NCBI GenBank assembly: GCA_965262115.1
Contig: OZ253496.1
Location: 2,080,001 to 2,144,000 of the forward strand
DNA from: Nitrospinales bacterium
GTDB lineage: Bacteria > Nitrospinota > Nitrospinia > Nitrospinales > VA-1
DNA length: 64,000 nucleotides
Direction of reading: 5' to 3'
Shown one piece after another: positions 39,315-50,699 of the stretch. The position numbers and the translations under genes are program-made. The notes below the pieces were generated by a model. The model was not told where the DNA came from, searched no databases, and saw nothing but the letters and a program-made list of their open reading frames with translations. The first letter of the stretch is position 1, and each line of letters starts with the position of its first letter.

Positions 39315-39953
39315 TCACACACCGATAGCGTTTTTGCTCCAGATGACCTTATGAAGCTGGGTTTGCAGGCGCACCGGTAACCGGTCTTCAAGAATCCATT
39401 CGGAGAGATCCTTCAGGTTGAGCTTGTCATAAACCGGGGAAAACAAAACCTGTACGGAGGAGGGCAGGTCGCATTTTTGCAGCAGATCACGGCTCCATTC
39501 ATAGTCGGCACGATCAAGCAGGACAAACTTGACTTCATCATACGGGGCAAGGAATTTCAGGTTTTCAAGATGGTTCTTTTTTTCCTCTCCACTTCCGGGG
39601 CATTTGATGTCGAGAATTTTAATCACTTTTTCAGGAACTTTATCAATCGGCAGCGCCCCGCCTGTTTCCAGCATGACCTTATAGCCTTTTTCCAGCAGCG
39701 CGTCTATAAGTGGATAGACGTCTTCTTGCATCAAGGGTTCTCCGCCTGTGATTTCGACTAAAGGAAGAGAGAAGCTGTCTACCTTCTCCAGAGTTTCATC
39801 TAGGGAAAGGTTTTTCCCTTCATAAAAAGCATAAGCGGTGTCGCACCAGGAACAACGCAGGTTGCACCCTGTTAAACGGACAAAGACACAGGGAAGACCT
39901 GTGTGAGACGATTCCCCCTGGATGCTGGCATAAATTTCATTAATTTTAAGCAT
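39315..39953 (-). CDS. queE: 7-carboxy-7-deazaguanine synthase
   Basis: SIQGE, RLTGCNLRCSWCDT, ITGGEP, QLHK..W. Confidence 0.9.
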   Translation of the reverse strand: MLKINEIYASIQGESSHTGLPCVFVRLTGCNLRCSWCDTAYAFYEGKNLSLDETLEKVDSFSLPLVEITGGEPLMQEDVYPLIDALLEKGYKVMLETGGALPIDKVPEKVIKILDIKCPGSGEEKKNHLENLKFLAPYDEVKFVLLDRADYEWSRDLLQKCDLPSSVQVLFSPVYDKLNLKDLSEWILEDRLPVRLQTQLHKVIWSKNAIGV

Positions 39954-40040
39954 GTTTTTCTTGTATGCCCGCAACCGTTTTTGTTATATTGCCGATCACT
40001 TACCTATTCTAACATGATCAGGATAAGGTGATGAAAAAAT

Positions 40041-42304
40041 ATGGAATACATAGCTCATGCGAAGGAAAATTTATCCGCAGAAAAAGGGTTTGACATACAC
40101 CTGCTGGAAGATCATCTGCGGAAGGTCGCAAAAAAAGCACAAGAGTTTGCGGGAGCATTTGGTGCGGGTGACTGGGCTTATCCGGCAGGACTGTGGCATG
40201 ATTTAGGCAAGTATCGCGCAGCTTTTCAGGCGTACATACAACGCGGCACTGGCATAAACCCGGACGCGCACATAGAGAAAGACAGCGACCCGAGAACCAA
40301 CCATGCGTCTTCCGGTGCTATCTATGCACTTAAAAAATTGGGTGAAGAAGTTGGATTGCCGCTGGCATATATGATTGCCGGGCATCACGCTGGATTACCT
40401 GATTATGAAGGTGGTGGCGAAGCCAGGGGTGTTCCGCTTCGGGAAGTTCTTGAGCGCGATAAATCACTTTTAGAAGAAGCCCTTCGTGAGCAAATTCCAG
40501 AAGATATATTTTCTGGAAACAGACCTGAAACGAATTGCCCCGGCGGTCCCAGCGGGGCGCATCTTTGGATTCGCATGTTGTTTTCCAGTTTGGTGGATGC
40601 AGACTTTCTGGACACAGAGTCTTTTATATCACCGCACCTTTCCAAGCAACGATCTGTAGCCATTCCACTTGATAAATTGCTGGATGCTTTCAATGAAGGA
40701 ATGACGACAAAGGTGCAAAACTATGAGCCGTCACCAGTCAACAAAATTCGAGCGGAATTCTTATCTCAATGTCGGGAAGCCGCAACAAAGGCACCGGGCA
40801 TTTTCACCTTGACTGTTCCCACCGGCGGCGGCAAAACCCTGTCGAGTTTGGCTTTTGCGTTGGAGCATGCTATCCGGCACAAAAAGAGGCGCATCATTTA
40901 CGCTATTCCCTACACCAGCATCATTGAACAAACAGCAAAAGAATTTAAGAAAATTGTTGCGCCATTGGGTGATTCAATCCTGGAGCATCACAGCAATGTC
41001 GAGCCAGATAAAGAATCCCAGGAAAATGCCAAATCTCGACTTGCCACCGAAAACTGGAACGCTCCCATTGTGGTTACTACCACGGTACAATTGTTCTAAT
41101 CATTATTCGCTGCCCGTACAAGCCGTTGTCGAAAACTACACAACATAGCCAATAGCGTTGTCGTTCTTGATGAGGTTCAGTTGTTACCGTTGCAACACCT
41201 TGCTCCCATTCGAAAAATCATGGCACTCTTGGCAAAGCACTACGGGGTAACTTTTATTCTTTCGACAGCAACACCGACTGGATTAAACGCACAAAACAAC
41301 CCGTTTGGGAAAAAATTACTTGAGGGATTAAGCAGCACGGAAATTGTTCGCAATCCCGGAAAATACTACACTCAACTTGAACGGGTTCGCTATAAGCTAC
41401 CAGAAAACTTTCAGACCCCCCGTAGCTGGGTTGAGATAGCTAAAGAGCTAGAGCTATATAAATATGATTCGGTTCTTGTCATCGTCAACAAGCGGCAAGA
41501 TGCAAAGGACCTGTTTGATTTGATGCCCACAGGAACTTACCACCTCTCGGCCCTTATGTGTCCTGCGCATCGCTCTTGCGTGATTAAGGAAATAAAGAGA
41601 GGCTCAAGGACTGTAAGCCAACCAGAGTGATTAGCACACAGTTGGTTGAGGCAGGTGTTGATTTAGATTTTTCGGTTGTTTATCGAGCTATAGCTGGGAT
41701 GGATTCAATTGTTCAGGCTGGCGGTCGATGTAATCGTGAAGGCAAACTTGGTGCCGGAAAGGGGAAGGGAAATGTTGTGGTGTTCGTGCCACCTTCAACC
41801 CCACCCAAAGGCGCAATCGGAACGGCTATCGCGTCCTGCATATCAACGCTTAGTTGTCTTAACGATCGGGAATCTATTGATAGCCCGGAAATATTTGAAT
41901 GTTACTTTAACCATTTGTTCAACCAGGTAGAAGCCGACGCCGCTAACATGTGCGATTTGTTGGAACGCGACGCGGGACGCTTACAGATTCAATTTCGCAC
42001 AGCCGCTCTTAAATTCAGGATGATTGACGATGCTAATACCCATACGATATATGTGAAATACGGGGAAGAGGTTGACGGCTGGTTGCAGGAATTGAGGTTT
42101 CACCCGAACAGGGAGCTATTAAGAAAACCCCAGCGTTACAGCGTGACAGTATATAATCACCAGTTTAATGCGATGCTCGCCAGGGGCTATATCGAAGAGG
42201 TATCATCAGGGTTTTACGCTCAATGTAATAGCGAAATTTACGATGACAAACTCGGCTTGCTGGTGGGTGAAATAGAACTCACACCCGGCAATTCTGTTCT
42301 GTGA
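40041..42304 (+). pseudogene. cas3: Cas3 HD nuclease-helicase, disrupted
   Basis: HDLGK, TVPTGGGKT, LDEVQ, STQLVEAGVD, QAGGRCNREG; in-frame TAA 41097..41099 and frameshift at ~41595. Confidence 0.92.
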
Positions 42305-42316
42305 GGAAACTTTTAT

Positions 42317-43045
42317 ATGCCAAGTAAAGAAACTTTTTGTCTTGAAGTTACGGGTGATTTCGCCTGTTTTACCCGGCCTGAAATGAAAGTCGAGCGAGTG
42401 TCCTACGACGTTATTACCCCATCGGCGGCACGGGCTATATTCGAAGCGATACTCTGGAAGCCAGCCATGTGCTGGCACATTACCAAAATAGAGGTACTCA
42501 AGCCCATTAACTGGGTCAATATACGCCGCAATGAAGTAGCATCCATAATCAGTATTAACAACGTCAAACAGGTAATGAATGGCGATAGCAGGAACTTGCA
42601 TATTCTGGTCGAGAATGATCGCCAGCAAAGAGCGGGGCTTTTCCTTCGTGATGTTGCCTATCGGCTTTATGCACGTTTCTCGCTACAGGATGACAGTAAA
42701 CATATCCACCACTACCCACATTTGCAATGCGCGGACGCAGACCGTTCCGAAAACACCTACATGAAGTTCGCGGATATGTTTAAGAGACGCGCAAAAAAAG
42801 GACAATGTTTTAATCAACCCTATCTCGGCACCCGTGAATTTTCTGCCGATTGGCGACTGATTGAAACATCGCAACAAGAACCCCATGCTTTACAGTTTGA
42901 TCAGGACAAACCATTGGGCTGGATGCTTTATGACATGGACTTTTCCGATCCCAAACAACCCTCTCCGCGATTTTTTAGTGCTGTACTGAAAAAGGACGGC
43001 TCAATTGATGTTCCGGCATGGGACAGCGAGGAGGTGCGAGGATGA
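42317..43045 (+). CDS. cas5c: Type I-C Cas5
   Basis: FTRPEMKVERVSYDVITPSAAR, WKP, RRNEV, PYLGTREF. Confidence 0.95.
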   Translation: MPSKETFCLEVTGDFACFTRPEMKVERVSYDVITPSAARAIFEAILWKPAMCWHITKIEVLKPINWVNIRRNEVASIISINNVKQVMNGDSRNLHILVENDRQQRAGLFLRDVAYRLYARFSLQDDSKHIHHYPHLQCADADRSENTYMKFADMFKRRAKKGQCFNQPYLGTREFSADWRLIETSQQEPHALQFDQDKPLGWMLYDMDFSDPKQPSPRFFSAVLKKDGSIDVPAWDSEEVRG

Positions 43046-44747
43046 TTTTGCAGGCGTTAAATCAGTATTACGACAGAAAAATGGCATTCTCCAAAGGTGA
43101 ACTCCCACCATACGGGTTTGAAATAAAAAATATTCCTGTCATCATAGAAATAGATACTGATGGGAATTTCGTTCAGACCATCGTTCGTGATAAAAAAGAT
43201 CCAAATACAAATGAGCAGGTACCATGCTCCGTAAAACGAAGTGTCGGCATTAAAAGCAACTTGCTTTGGGATAACACGGAATATGCTTTGGGTATTGATA
43301 CCAGAGACAAGCCAGAACGTGTTGCCAACCAGCACTAGTCTTTTCGCGATAGAATTTCCTCACTTGGTACAGATGATACCAGCATTCAGGCCATCATGAG
43401 TTTTTTGGACAAAATAGATAGAGAGTTTATTCAAAGAGATGCTACCAAATGGGAGACACTAAAAAAGAATCCCAACATCAGTTTTCGTATTGCTGGTGAA
43501 TCTTACCTGATTTGCCAGAAACCAGAATTGCAAGAAATACTTGCCAATGCCAATCATTCAGACAGCGACACAGCCTATTGCTTGCTGACAGGTGAAAGAC
43601 ATCCAATCGAACGATTACTCCAGCTATTAAAGGCGTATGGGGTGCACAGAGTTCTGGGGGGAATATTGTCTCCTTCAACCTGGATTCATTTAGGTCATAT
43701 AGGAAATCTCAAGGTGATAATGCGCCTGCGGGAGAAGAAGCAAGTTTTGCCTATACCACGGCACTGAATCACTTGCTTAGAAAGGGATCATAACAACGTT
43801 TTCAAGTCGGTGATGCTTCAACGATTTTCTGGGCAGAAAAGACTACATCAATGGAATCTGATTTTGGCGCAATTTTTGGTTCGACACCGACACAAATCAA
43901 AGACGACCCTGATGCCTATACAAGGGCAGTAAAAGCAGTTTTTAATTCAGTTTATAAAGGGTGGTATCAAGGCGAAGACGGGGAAGATCGGTTTTATGTT
44001 CTGGGGTTGTCTCCTAATACGTCGCGTATTTCGATTCGATTTTGGCAGGTAGCGACGGTTGCTGAAATATCGCAACGCACCAAACAACACTTCGACTATT
44101 TGGAGATAATTCATGCTCCAAGTGAAATGCCTTATTTGCCGTTATTTTTGCTTTTGGTCAACGTAGCGTCTCAAGGGAAAAGCGAAAACATACCCCCCAA
44201 TCTTGCGGGTGAATTGATGCGAAGCATTCTTGCCGGACAATCCTATCCTCGCACTTTACTATCCGCGGCCGTTCGTCGTTGCAAAGCAGAGAGGAAAGTA
44301 AATTATCAGAGGACCGCTCTCATAAAAGCCTGTATCAATAGTTGTCAATCTAAGGAGGAACTCACAGTGGCTTTAGATACTGAAAATACGAATCCCGCCT
44401 ACCGTCTGGGCAGGCTCTTTTCTGTGCTGGAAAAAATACAGGAAGAAGCACACCCAAAGATCAATGCTACCATAAGAGACCGCTATTACAGTGCGGCATC
44501 CAGCAATCCTGTCAGCGTATTTCCTACTTTGCTGAAACTCAAAAATCATCATCTGAGCAAATTGGAGTTGGTTGGGCGTAAAATCAATCTTGAAAAACTA
44601 ATAGGTGAAATTATGCGCGAAATACTCCCGGACTTACCCGCAAGCCTGAACCTTCAGGACCAGGGACGCTTTGCCGTAGGTTACTACCACCAGCGTCAAG
44701 ATTTTTTCACCAGTAAGCCAACCAAAGAACCAGGAGAGCAATCATGA
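43042..44747 (+). pseudogene. cas8c: Type I-C Cas8c (Csd1), disrupted
   Basis: MILQAL..YY, LWDNTEYALG, LSPN..R.SIRFW, AYRLGRLF, FAVGYYHQ; TAG 43336, frameshift ~43620, TAA 43791. Confidence 0.92.
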
Positions 44748-45658
44748 GTTTAGAAAACCGTTATGATTTTGTATTGTTATTTGATGTTAAAGATGGCAAC
44801 CCGAATGGAGACCCGGACGCAGGAAATATGCCACGCATTGATGCCGAAACGGGTCGAGGCCTTGTCACCGATGTTTGTTTGAAACGTAAGGTGCGTAACT
44901 ATGTGATAATCAATAAAGAACTGTCTCCTCCCTACAATATATACGTTCAGGAAAATGCCATCTTGAACCAGCTAAATGAGGGGGCATATCAAGCCATTGG
45001 AGAACCAGCGAAAGTAGGCCCGAAGAACGACAAAAGAAGAGGATCGTCTGATCCACTCGTTCCACAAGTCCGTCAGTGGATGTGCGAGCAGTATTACGAT
45101 GTTCGAACTTTTGGTGCTGTCATGTCAACAAACGTCAATTGCGGTCAAGTGCGAGGTCCAATACAATTGACTTTCTCACGCTCTATTGACCCCATAGCAG
45201 CTCATGAACATTCAATTACTCGTATGGCGGCTACCGATGAAAAGGAAGCAAAAAAGGTTGCGGAGGCATCGGAAAAAGAGTCAGGTGACAATCGCACCAT
45301 GGGAAGGAAGCATACTGTTCCCTACGGCTTATACCGATGCCATGGTTTTATATCCGCCCATTTAGCACGACAAACCGGCTTTTCAGAAGAAGATCTGGAG
45401 CTATTTTTCACTGCCCTTGAACAAATGTTTGAGCATGATCGTTCAGCCGCTCGTGGAGAAATGACCACTCGCGGCCTGTATGTGTTCAAGCATGAAAGCC
45501 TGCTTGGCAATGCCCATGCCAACAAACTTTCTGAGCGCATCAAGGTAACACTTGAAAATGAACACAAGCCACCGAGAGATTTCGGAGACTATAGCGTAAC
45601 GGTAAATGAATCAGATATGCCGACAGAGGTCGAGTTGATTCAGCGAATTCATGGATAA
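44744..45658 (+). CDS. cas7c: Type I-C Cas7 (Csd2)
   Basis: [41 protein letters not shown]. Confidence 0.95.
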   Translation: MSLENRYDFVLLFDVKDGNPNGDPDAGNMPRIDAETGRGLVTDVCLKRKVRNYVIINKELSPPYNIYVQENAILNQLNEGAYQAIGEPAKVGPKNDKRRGSSDPLVPQVRQWMCEQYYDVRTFGAVMSTNVNCGQVRGPIQLTFSRSIDPIAAHEHSITRMAATDEKEAKKVAEASEKESGDNRTMGRKHTVPYGLYRCHGFISAHLARQTGFSEEDLELFFTALEQMFEHDRSAARGEMTTRGLYVFKHESLLGNAHANKLSERIKVTLENEHKPPRDFGDYSVTVNESDMPTEVELIQRIHG

Positions 45659-45666
45659 GTGCCTAT

Positions 45667-45694
45667 TTGACAATAATGGGGAAGCGCATAGAAT
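45667..45694 (+). promoter_or_regulatory. Putative sigma70 promoter for cas4-cas1-cas2
   Basis: TTGACA-N16-TAGAAT in the only sizeable intergenic gap of the cas operon. Confidence 0.55.
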
Positions 45695-45749
45695 ATAGCC
45701 ACCGCATCAGATAACTAAACCGCTAACTATTGTAAGAGGTCGGTGATTA

Positions 45750-46373
45750 ATGGTGCAAAACGTTTCAATCCCAATTTCCGCTCTCCAACACTATTCATTC
45801 TGCCCGAGGCAGTGTGCGTATATCCATATTGAACAGGTGTGGAGCGACAACTATCTCACGGCCAAGGGTAGCCAGCTGCACGAGCGGGTGCATAGCAGCG
45901 AGACGGAAACACGCGGCAACATCCGCTCCGAGCGCGGGGTACAGGTTTGCTCTGAAAAATTGGGCGTACATGGTCAGCTTGATCTGCTGGAAGTGGATCG
46001 CGGTTCCGGTGCGGTCATGCCTGTTGAATACAAAAGAGGCAAACCCAAGACTGCGGATTGCGACCGTGTTCAGCTTTGCGCCCAGGTCTTGTGTCTGGAG
46101 GAAATGACCGGGCACCGGATAGACAAGGCGGAAATCTGGTATTGGCAGGTTCGGCGGCGCGAATGGATCAATGTTGACGACGCGCTAAGAAAATCAACGC
46201 TGGCGGTTATCAACGCGACAAAAAAATTATTCAGTACAGGGGAATTACCGAAAGCAGTGTATTCCCCTTCGTGCAAAGCCTGCTCGTTTGTTGACCGATG
46301 TTCCCCGCAACAAAAGGATCATAGCGATTCTTATGTAAAAAAAATGTTTCTCAATGAAGAAATTACTCAATAA
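45750..46373 (+). CDS. cas4: Cas4
   Basis: ISALQHY.FCPRQ, PVEYKRGK, QLCAQ, CKACSF..C. Confidence 0.95.
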   Translation: MVQNVSIPISALQHYSFCPRQCAYIHIEQVWSDNYLTAKGSQLHERVHSSETETRGNIRSERGVQVCSEKLGVHGQLDLLEVDRGSGAVMPVEYKRGKPKTADCDRVQLCAQVLCLEEMTGHRIDKAEIWYWQVRRREWINVDDALRKSTLAVINATKKLFSTGELPKAVYSPSCKACSFVDRCSPQQKDHSDSYVKKMFLNEEITQ

Positions 46374-47373
46374 TCTGTACATCACTACTGATGGTAGTTA
46401 TGTACACAAAGAACGTGAAACTATCGTTATAGAGCAGGAAAAGAAAAAAGTATTTCAACTGCCGTTTCACGCGATTGGCAACCTGTTTTGCTTTGGCAGG
46501 GTCATGGTATCGCCTGCGTTAATGGCAGCATGCGGTGAAAAGGGGATTGGACTTTCGTTCTTTACCGGATTTGGAAAGTTTCAAGGGCGGGTGCAGGGAC
46601 CGCAAAGCGGCAATGTGTTATTGCGCCGTACGCAATACCGGTTGGCCGACCATGGACCCGGAATATTGTCACGGCTTTTTGTAGCCGCAAAACTGACAAA
46701 CAGCAGACAAATACTGATGAAACATCAACGCAACCATGGCAACGATGATTCGGTAAAGCAAGTTGTAACCATGCTGGCCGGGTGCATAAGACGACTGGAG
46801 CACCAGACCGATGTCGATCAAATAAGAGGCATAGAAGGAGAGGCCGCCGCCCACTATTTTTCCGTATTCAACCAGTTGGTGCTGGAAGGCCAGCGGAAGA
46901 ACTTTTCATTTAGAGGCAGAACCAAAAGGCCGCCTCTTGACAAAATCAACGCGTTGCTTTCCTTCAGCTACACCTTGTTGACCCATGAAATCGCCTCTGC
47001 GCTACAAGGGGTGGGGTTAGACCCATACGTTGGCTTTTTGCATACGGATCGCCCTGGACGGGTAAGTCTGGCGCTGGACATGCTGGAAGAATTTAGAGCA
47101 TGGTGGTGTGATCGGTTCGTGTTGACTTTAATCAACCGGAATCAAATTAAATCATCAGATTTTATAAACGAAGCCAGCGGTGCTATTCGCATGAAGGACG
47201 ATGCCAGGAAAATGTTTCTTACACAATGGCAAGAACGAAAGCAGGAGAATCTGCAGCATCCCTATATCGGAGAGAAAATTCAGATTGGTCTGTTGCCACA
47301 TGTGCAAGCCCTGTTGTTGGCAAGATTTTTACGCGATGACTTGGAATGCTATCCGCCGTTTTTGGTTCGTTGA
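46354..47373 (+). CDS. cas1: Type I-C Cas1
   Basis: SGNVLLRR.QY, RGIEG.AA..YF, NALLSF.Y, GFLH.DRPGR.SLALD..EEFR. Confidence 0.96.
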   Translation: MKKLLNNLYITTDGSYVHKERETIVIEQEKKKVFQLPFHAIGNLFCFGRVMVSPALMAACGEKGIGLSFFTGFGKFQGRVQGPQSGNVLLRRTQYRLADHGPGILSRLFVAAKLTNSRQILMKHQRNHGNDDSVKQVVTMLAGCIRRLEHQTDVDQIRGIEGEAAAHYFSVFNQLVLEGQRKNFSFRGRTKRPPLDKINALLSFSYTLLTHEIASALQGVGLDPYVGFLHTDRPGRVSLALDMLEEFRAWWCDRFVLTLINRNQIKSSDFINEASGAIRMKDDARKMFLTQWQERKQENLQHPYIGEKIQIGLLPHVQALLLARFLRDDLECYPPFLVR

Positions 47374-47382
47374 AGAGCCGCC

Positions 47383-47676
47383 ATGTTAGTGTTGATAACC
47401 TATGATGTGAGTGTGGCTGGAGCCAAGGGGAGCAGGCGCTTACGGCATATCAGCAAATTGTGCCAGGATTACGGTATTCGTGCTCAGTATTCGGTTTTCG
47501 AGTGTGAAATAACTCCAGCCCAATGGGTGGATTTAAAATCCGCATTGCTGGGGGCCTATGATGCTGATCTCGACAGTTTACGGTTTTATTATCTTGGATC
47601 TAACTGGAAGCGAAAGGTAGAGCACCATGGAACAAAACAGACGCCGGACGTGCTTCGAGACCCACTGGTTTTATGA
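47383..47676 (+). CDS. cas2: Cas2
   Basis: LITYDV, RAQYSVFEC, DSLRFY.LG. Confidence 0.96.
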   Translation: MLVLITYDVSVAGAKGSRRLRHISKLCQDYGIRAQYSVFECEITPAQWVDLKSALLGAYDADLDSLRFYYLGSNWKRKVEHHGTKQTPDVLRDPLVL

Positions 47677-47852
47677 CCGCTAACGGTCAGTTATCATGAA
47701 ATCAACGCAAGGTTAGCGGGGCCGCAAACACTTGATTTTTAAGAATATAGCTTCAGATAGAGTGTTATGCGTTGATCTTTTGCAGTTTGGAATTATCGGT
47801 TAGCGTTATATTGCCTGTTCCTTCAACGATAACAATCGGGTAGGATAGGGCT
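47677..47852 (+). promoter_or_regulatory. CRISPR leader
   Basis: Non-coding between cas2 and repeat 1; CCGCTAAC/GTTAGCGG inverted motif, third GGTTAGCG at 47798, IHF-consensus match at 47725..47737. Confidence 0.75.
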
Positions 47853-47950
47853 GTCGCCCCCCGTGCGGGGGCGTGGATTGAAACTTAAATTTACAGGCTG
47901 GACCATGGAATCATCCGAGTCGCCCCCCGTGCGGGGGCGTGGATTGAAGT
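47853..47950 (+). CRISPR. Minimal type I-C array: 2 repeats, 1 spacer
   Basis: 32-bp GTCGCCCCCCGTGCGGGGGCGTGGATTGAAAC at 47853, degenerate terminal copy (..GAAGT) at 47919; 34-bp spacer 47885..47918. Confidence 0.92.
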
Positions 47951-47951
47951 G

Positions 47952-48125
47952 CTACATACCGATGTCCGTGCAGGCTATCGTCAAAGGTTGCGGTGTTTCC
48001 CGTTTCACGCTCGTGGCAGGCGGCGACATAGAGAAACCCGAGTCTCGGGTAATAGCCTTTACCGCCTTTGGCACGGAAGATTCGAGAGAAATGGTTTCGG
48101 GTGGGACGAGGAATAAAATTTTCAT
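47952..48125 (-). pseudogene. Possible N-terminal remnant of a gene ending at the CRISPR array
   Basis: MKILFLVPPET.. start resembles B12-binding radical SAM N-termini, AAGGA upstream, but the ORF stops after 57 aa. Confidence 0.3.
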
Positions 48126-48290
48126 GGGATTGAACAACGTTTTCCTTTAGAATCAGACTTCCGAGAATCTCTGAAATTGCTTTTGGCCATGAGCGGCCCT
48201 TATTTTAAGGGCCTGCGAGTTGCCTTAGAGAAAATTACCGAATACACAGAATCCCCTATTACGTTACCACAGAAAATCTGAAAGGACGGT

Positions 48291-49274
48291 ATGATGCCCA
48301 TCGTTACCGTGACCAATATGTTTCCCGAGGCCGCTTTGGAAAAACTGGCGCCGCATTGTGACCTGCGAACCAACCAGACGGAAAGTCCGCCAACCGCCGA
48401 AGTTCTTAAAAAACATGTTTCTGAAAGCGTGGTGATCGTCACTTACTTATCGGACAAAATCGGCCAGGACATTATTGATTGTGGAAAGAATTTGAAGCTC
48501 ATCGCCAATTATGGGGCCGGATTCAACAATATTGACGTGGCGCATGCCGCTAAAAAGGGCATCTGGGTGACGAATACCCCGGGAGTTCTGCATGAGACCA
48601 CTGCCGATTTAACCTGGGCGATGATTCTGGGGGCGGCCCGGTGCATTGTTCCCGCCGAACGCTTCACTCGCGAAAACCGGTTCAAGGGCTGGCAGGCGAA
48701 AATGTATCTGGGAGGCGATGTCTATGGCAAAACTCTGGGCGTTATCGGTTGTGGTGAAATCGGCTCGGCGGTTGCCCGTAGAGCTTCGGGTTTCAATATG
48801 CGGGTTCTCTACCATAACCGCACCCGATTATTGGAAGAAAAAGAACGTGATTGGAACGCAATCTACACTTCGTTGGAGGAGCTGCTCCGGCAATCCGATT
48901 TTGTCACGGTTCACGCGCCTTTGACCAAAGCGACCCAACACATGATCGGCAAAGAACAATTTTTAATGATGAAGCCCACCGCTTATTTCATCCATACCGC
49001 CCGGGGAAAAGTGGTGGACGATGAGGCTCTGGTCGAAGCATTGAAAGCAGGAAGAATCGCCGGAGCGGCGCTGGATGTTTATGAAAACGAGCCAGCGCTC
49101 AGCCAAGGCATGACCGAGTTGGAGAACCTGATGTTGCTCCCGCATATTGGCAGTGCCAGTCATGAGACACGAGATAAAATGGCAGACCTTGTGGCGGATA
49201 ACGTGTTGGATGCTTTGGCAGGTAAAACCCCACGTTGTCTTGTGCCGTCGTGGAAAAAACAGGTTACACGTTGA
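48291..49274 (+). CDS. D-2-hydroxyacid dehydrogenase (glyoxylate/hydroxypyruvate reductase type)
   Basis: NTPGVL.ETTAD, GCGEIG, TARG, LDVYENEP, PHIGSA. Confidence 0.92.
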   Translation: MMPIVTVTNMFPEAALEKLAPHCDLRTNQTESPPTAEVLKKHVSESVVIVTYLSDKIGQDIIDCGKNLKLIANYGAGFNNIDVAHAAKKGIWVTNTPGVLHETTADLTWAMILGAARCIVPAERFTRENRFKGWQAKMYLGGDVYGKTLGVIGCGEIGSAVARRASGFNMRVLYHNRTRLLEEKERDWNAIYTSLEELLRQSDFVTVHAPLTKATQHMIGKEQFLMMKPTAYFIHTARGKVVDDEALVEALKAGRIAGAALDVYENEPALSQGMTELENLMLLPHIGSASHETRDKMADLVADNVLDALAGKTPRCLVPSWKKQVTR

Positions 49275-50361
49275 AACGAAAATGCATGATGTCGCCGTCC
49301 TGGACGACATAATCCTTGCCCTCGACCCTTAATTTCCCCGCGTCTTTAATAGCGGCCTCCGATTTATGCTGAACCAGGTCTTCCAGGCTATAGACTTCGG
49401 CGCGAATGAATCCTTTTTCGAAGTCGGTATGGATCGCTCCCGCCGCTTGTGGAGCTTTCGAATTTTTCGGGATCGTCCAGGCGCGGTTTTCTTTACCTCC
49501 TGCTGTAAAAAACGTGACCAGTTTGAGCAGTCCATAACCGGCAGAGATCATGCGGTCGAGTCCGGTTTCGGCCAGGCCCATTTCCTCCATAAACATTTGC
49601 TGTTCTTCCAGGTCTTCGATCTCCATAATTTCACCCTCAATTTTTCCTGCCAGAGCCACCACTGATGAGCCGTCCTGTTCAGCAATCTTTTTGACCTTTT
49701 GCACCCGTTCGTTTTCTGTGTCTCCAGGGTCCATGACATTGCAGATATACAGAACGGGTTTGGCGCTCAAAAGAGTCAGGCTTTTTACGAACTGTTTTTG
49801 TTCGTCATTGAGACAGGTAACGGTTTTGGCTGGTTGGTTTTGATCGAGAGCTTCGGACAGCTTGGCGAGTACTTCCACTTGCATGCGTGCTTCCTTGTCG
49901 CCAGATTTAGCCAGTTTCTCAATCCTGGTTTTTCTGCGGTCAAGGGATTCCATATCGGCGATCATCAATTCGGTGTTGATGGTGTCGATATCGGAAGCCG
50001 GGTCGATGACATCGCTGACATGGGGGACATTGCTATCCTCGAAACAGCGCACCACATGGGCGACGGCATCCACCTCGCGGATGTGTCCGAGAAATTTATT
50101 ACCCAGGCCTTCTCCCTTGGATGCCCCTTTGATGAGTCCAGCGATATCGACAAACTCCATGGTTGTGGGAACAACTTTATCGGCCTTGATGTGCCGGGAG
50201 ATGGTATCCAGGCGCTTATCAGGAACGGGAACGATGCCGCTATTGGGTTCGATGGTGGTGAACGCATAATTTCCTGCCTGAGCTTTGGTACGTGTCAAAG
50301 CGCCGAAGAGGGTTGATTTCCCCGCATTTGGGAGGCCGACAAGGCCGCAGGTGAATCCCAT
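49264..50361 (-). CDS. ychF: Ribosome-binding ATPase YchF
   Basis: GLPNAGKST, DIAGL..GAS.GEGLGNKFL, IHTDFEKGFIRAE, DGD..HFRFNV. Confidence 0.96.
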   Translation of the reverse strand: MGFTCGLVGLPNAGKSTLFGALTRTKAQAGNYAFTTIEPNSGIVPVPDKRLDTISRHIKADKVVPTTMEFVDIAGLIKGASKGEGLGNKFLGHIREVDAVAHVVRCFEDSNVPHVSDVIDPASDIDTINTELMIADMESLDRRKTRIEKLAKSGDKEARMQVEVLAKLSEALDQNQPAKTVTCLNDEQKQFVKSLTLLSAKPVLYICNVMDPGDTENERVQKVKKIAEQDGSSVVALAGKIEGEIMEIEDLEEQQMFMEEMGLAETGLDRMISAGYGLLKLVTFFTAGGKENRAWTIPKNSKAPQAAGAIHTDFEKGFIRAEVYSLEDLVQHKSEAAIKDAGKLRVEGKDYVVQDGDIMHFRFNV

Positions 50362-50403
50362 AAAACGTTAATTCCTTTTTTATAAGGTTGGCTCCCCTTA
50401 GCA

Positions 50404-50626
50404 GAGAGCTTTGCATAAGTCGATAAAACAGAAAAGCGAGATTCTTCACGGAGCCTGTGCTGAGCTTGTCGAAGCATTCAGAATGACAGCAACAAGATTC
50501 TTCACTGCGTTCAGAATGACAATACTGGGCCATTTTGTCATTCTGAGGAACAAGGTGACAAAGACATGATATTTTTCTTTAAACTTCGTGCCCCGCAGGG
50601 GTAATCTTGGGTTATGCAAAGCTCTT
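50404..50626. mobile_element. Expanded MITE family B copy with family C insertion (50565..50603)
   Basis: Left TIR GAGAGCTTTGCATAA, degenerate right TIR, imperfect TSD (CCCTTAGCA vs TCCTTAACA); extra internal hairpins; 39-nt insert relative to the 4617 copy. Confidence 0.8.
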
Positions 50627-50699
50627 CCTTAACAGGGGAGGTAGCTAGCAAGAACCTTTTAAGCCGAGATAACTCTTTGCTTACCAGCAAAAGTGATTG

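Noticed and set aside
40041..44747. Stop-codon reassignment or readthrough explaining the cas3/cas8c stops
   Set aside because: Both TAA and TAG occur together with frameshifts, and all housekeeping genes use these codons as normal stops.
47885..47918. CRISPR spacer self-targeting within this window
   Set aside because: By eye only a 10-11 nt chance match (GGCTGGACCAT near 9291) was found; the rest of the genome cannot be checked.
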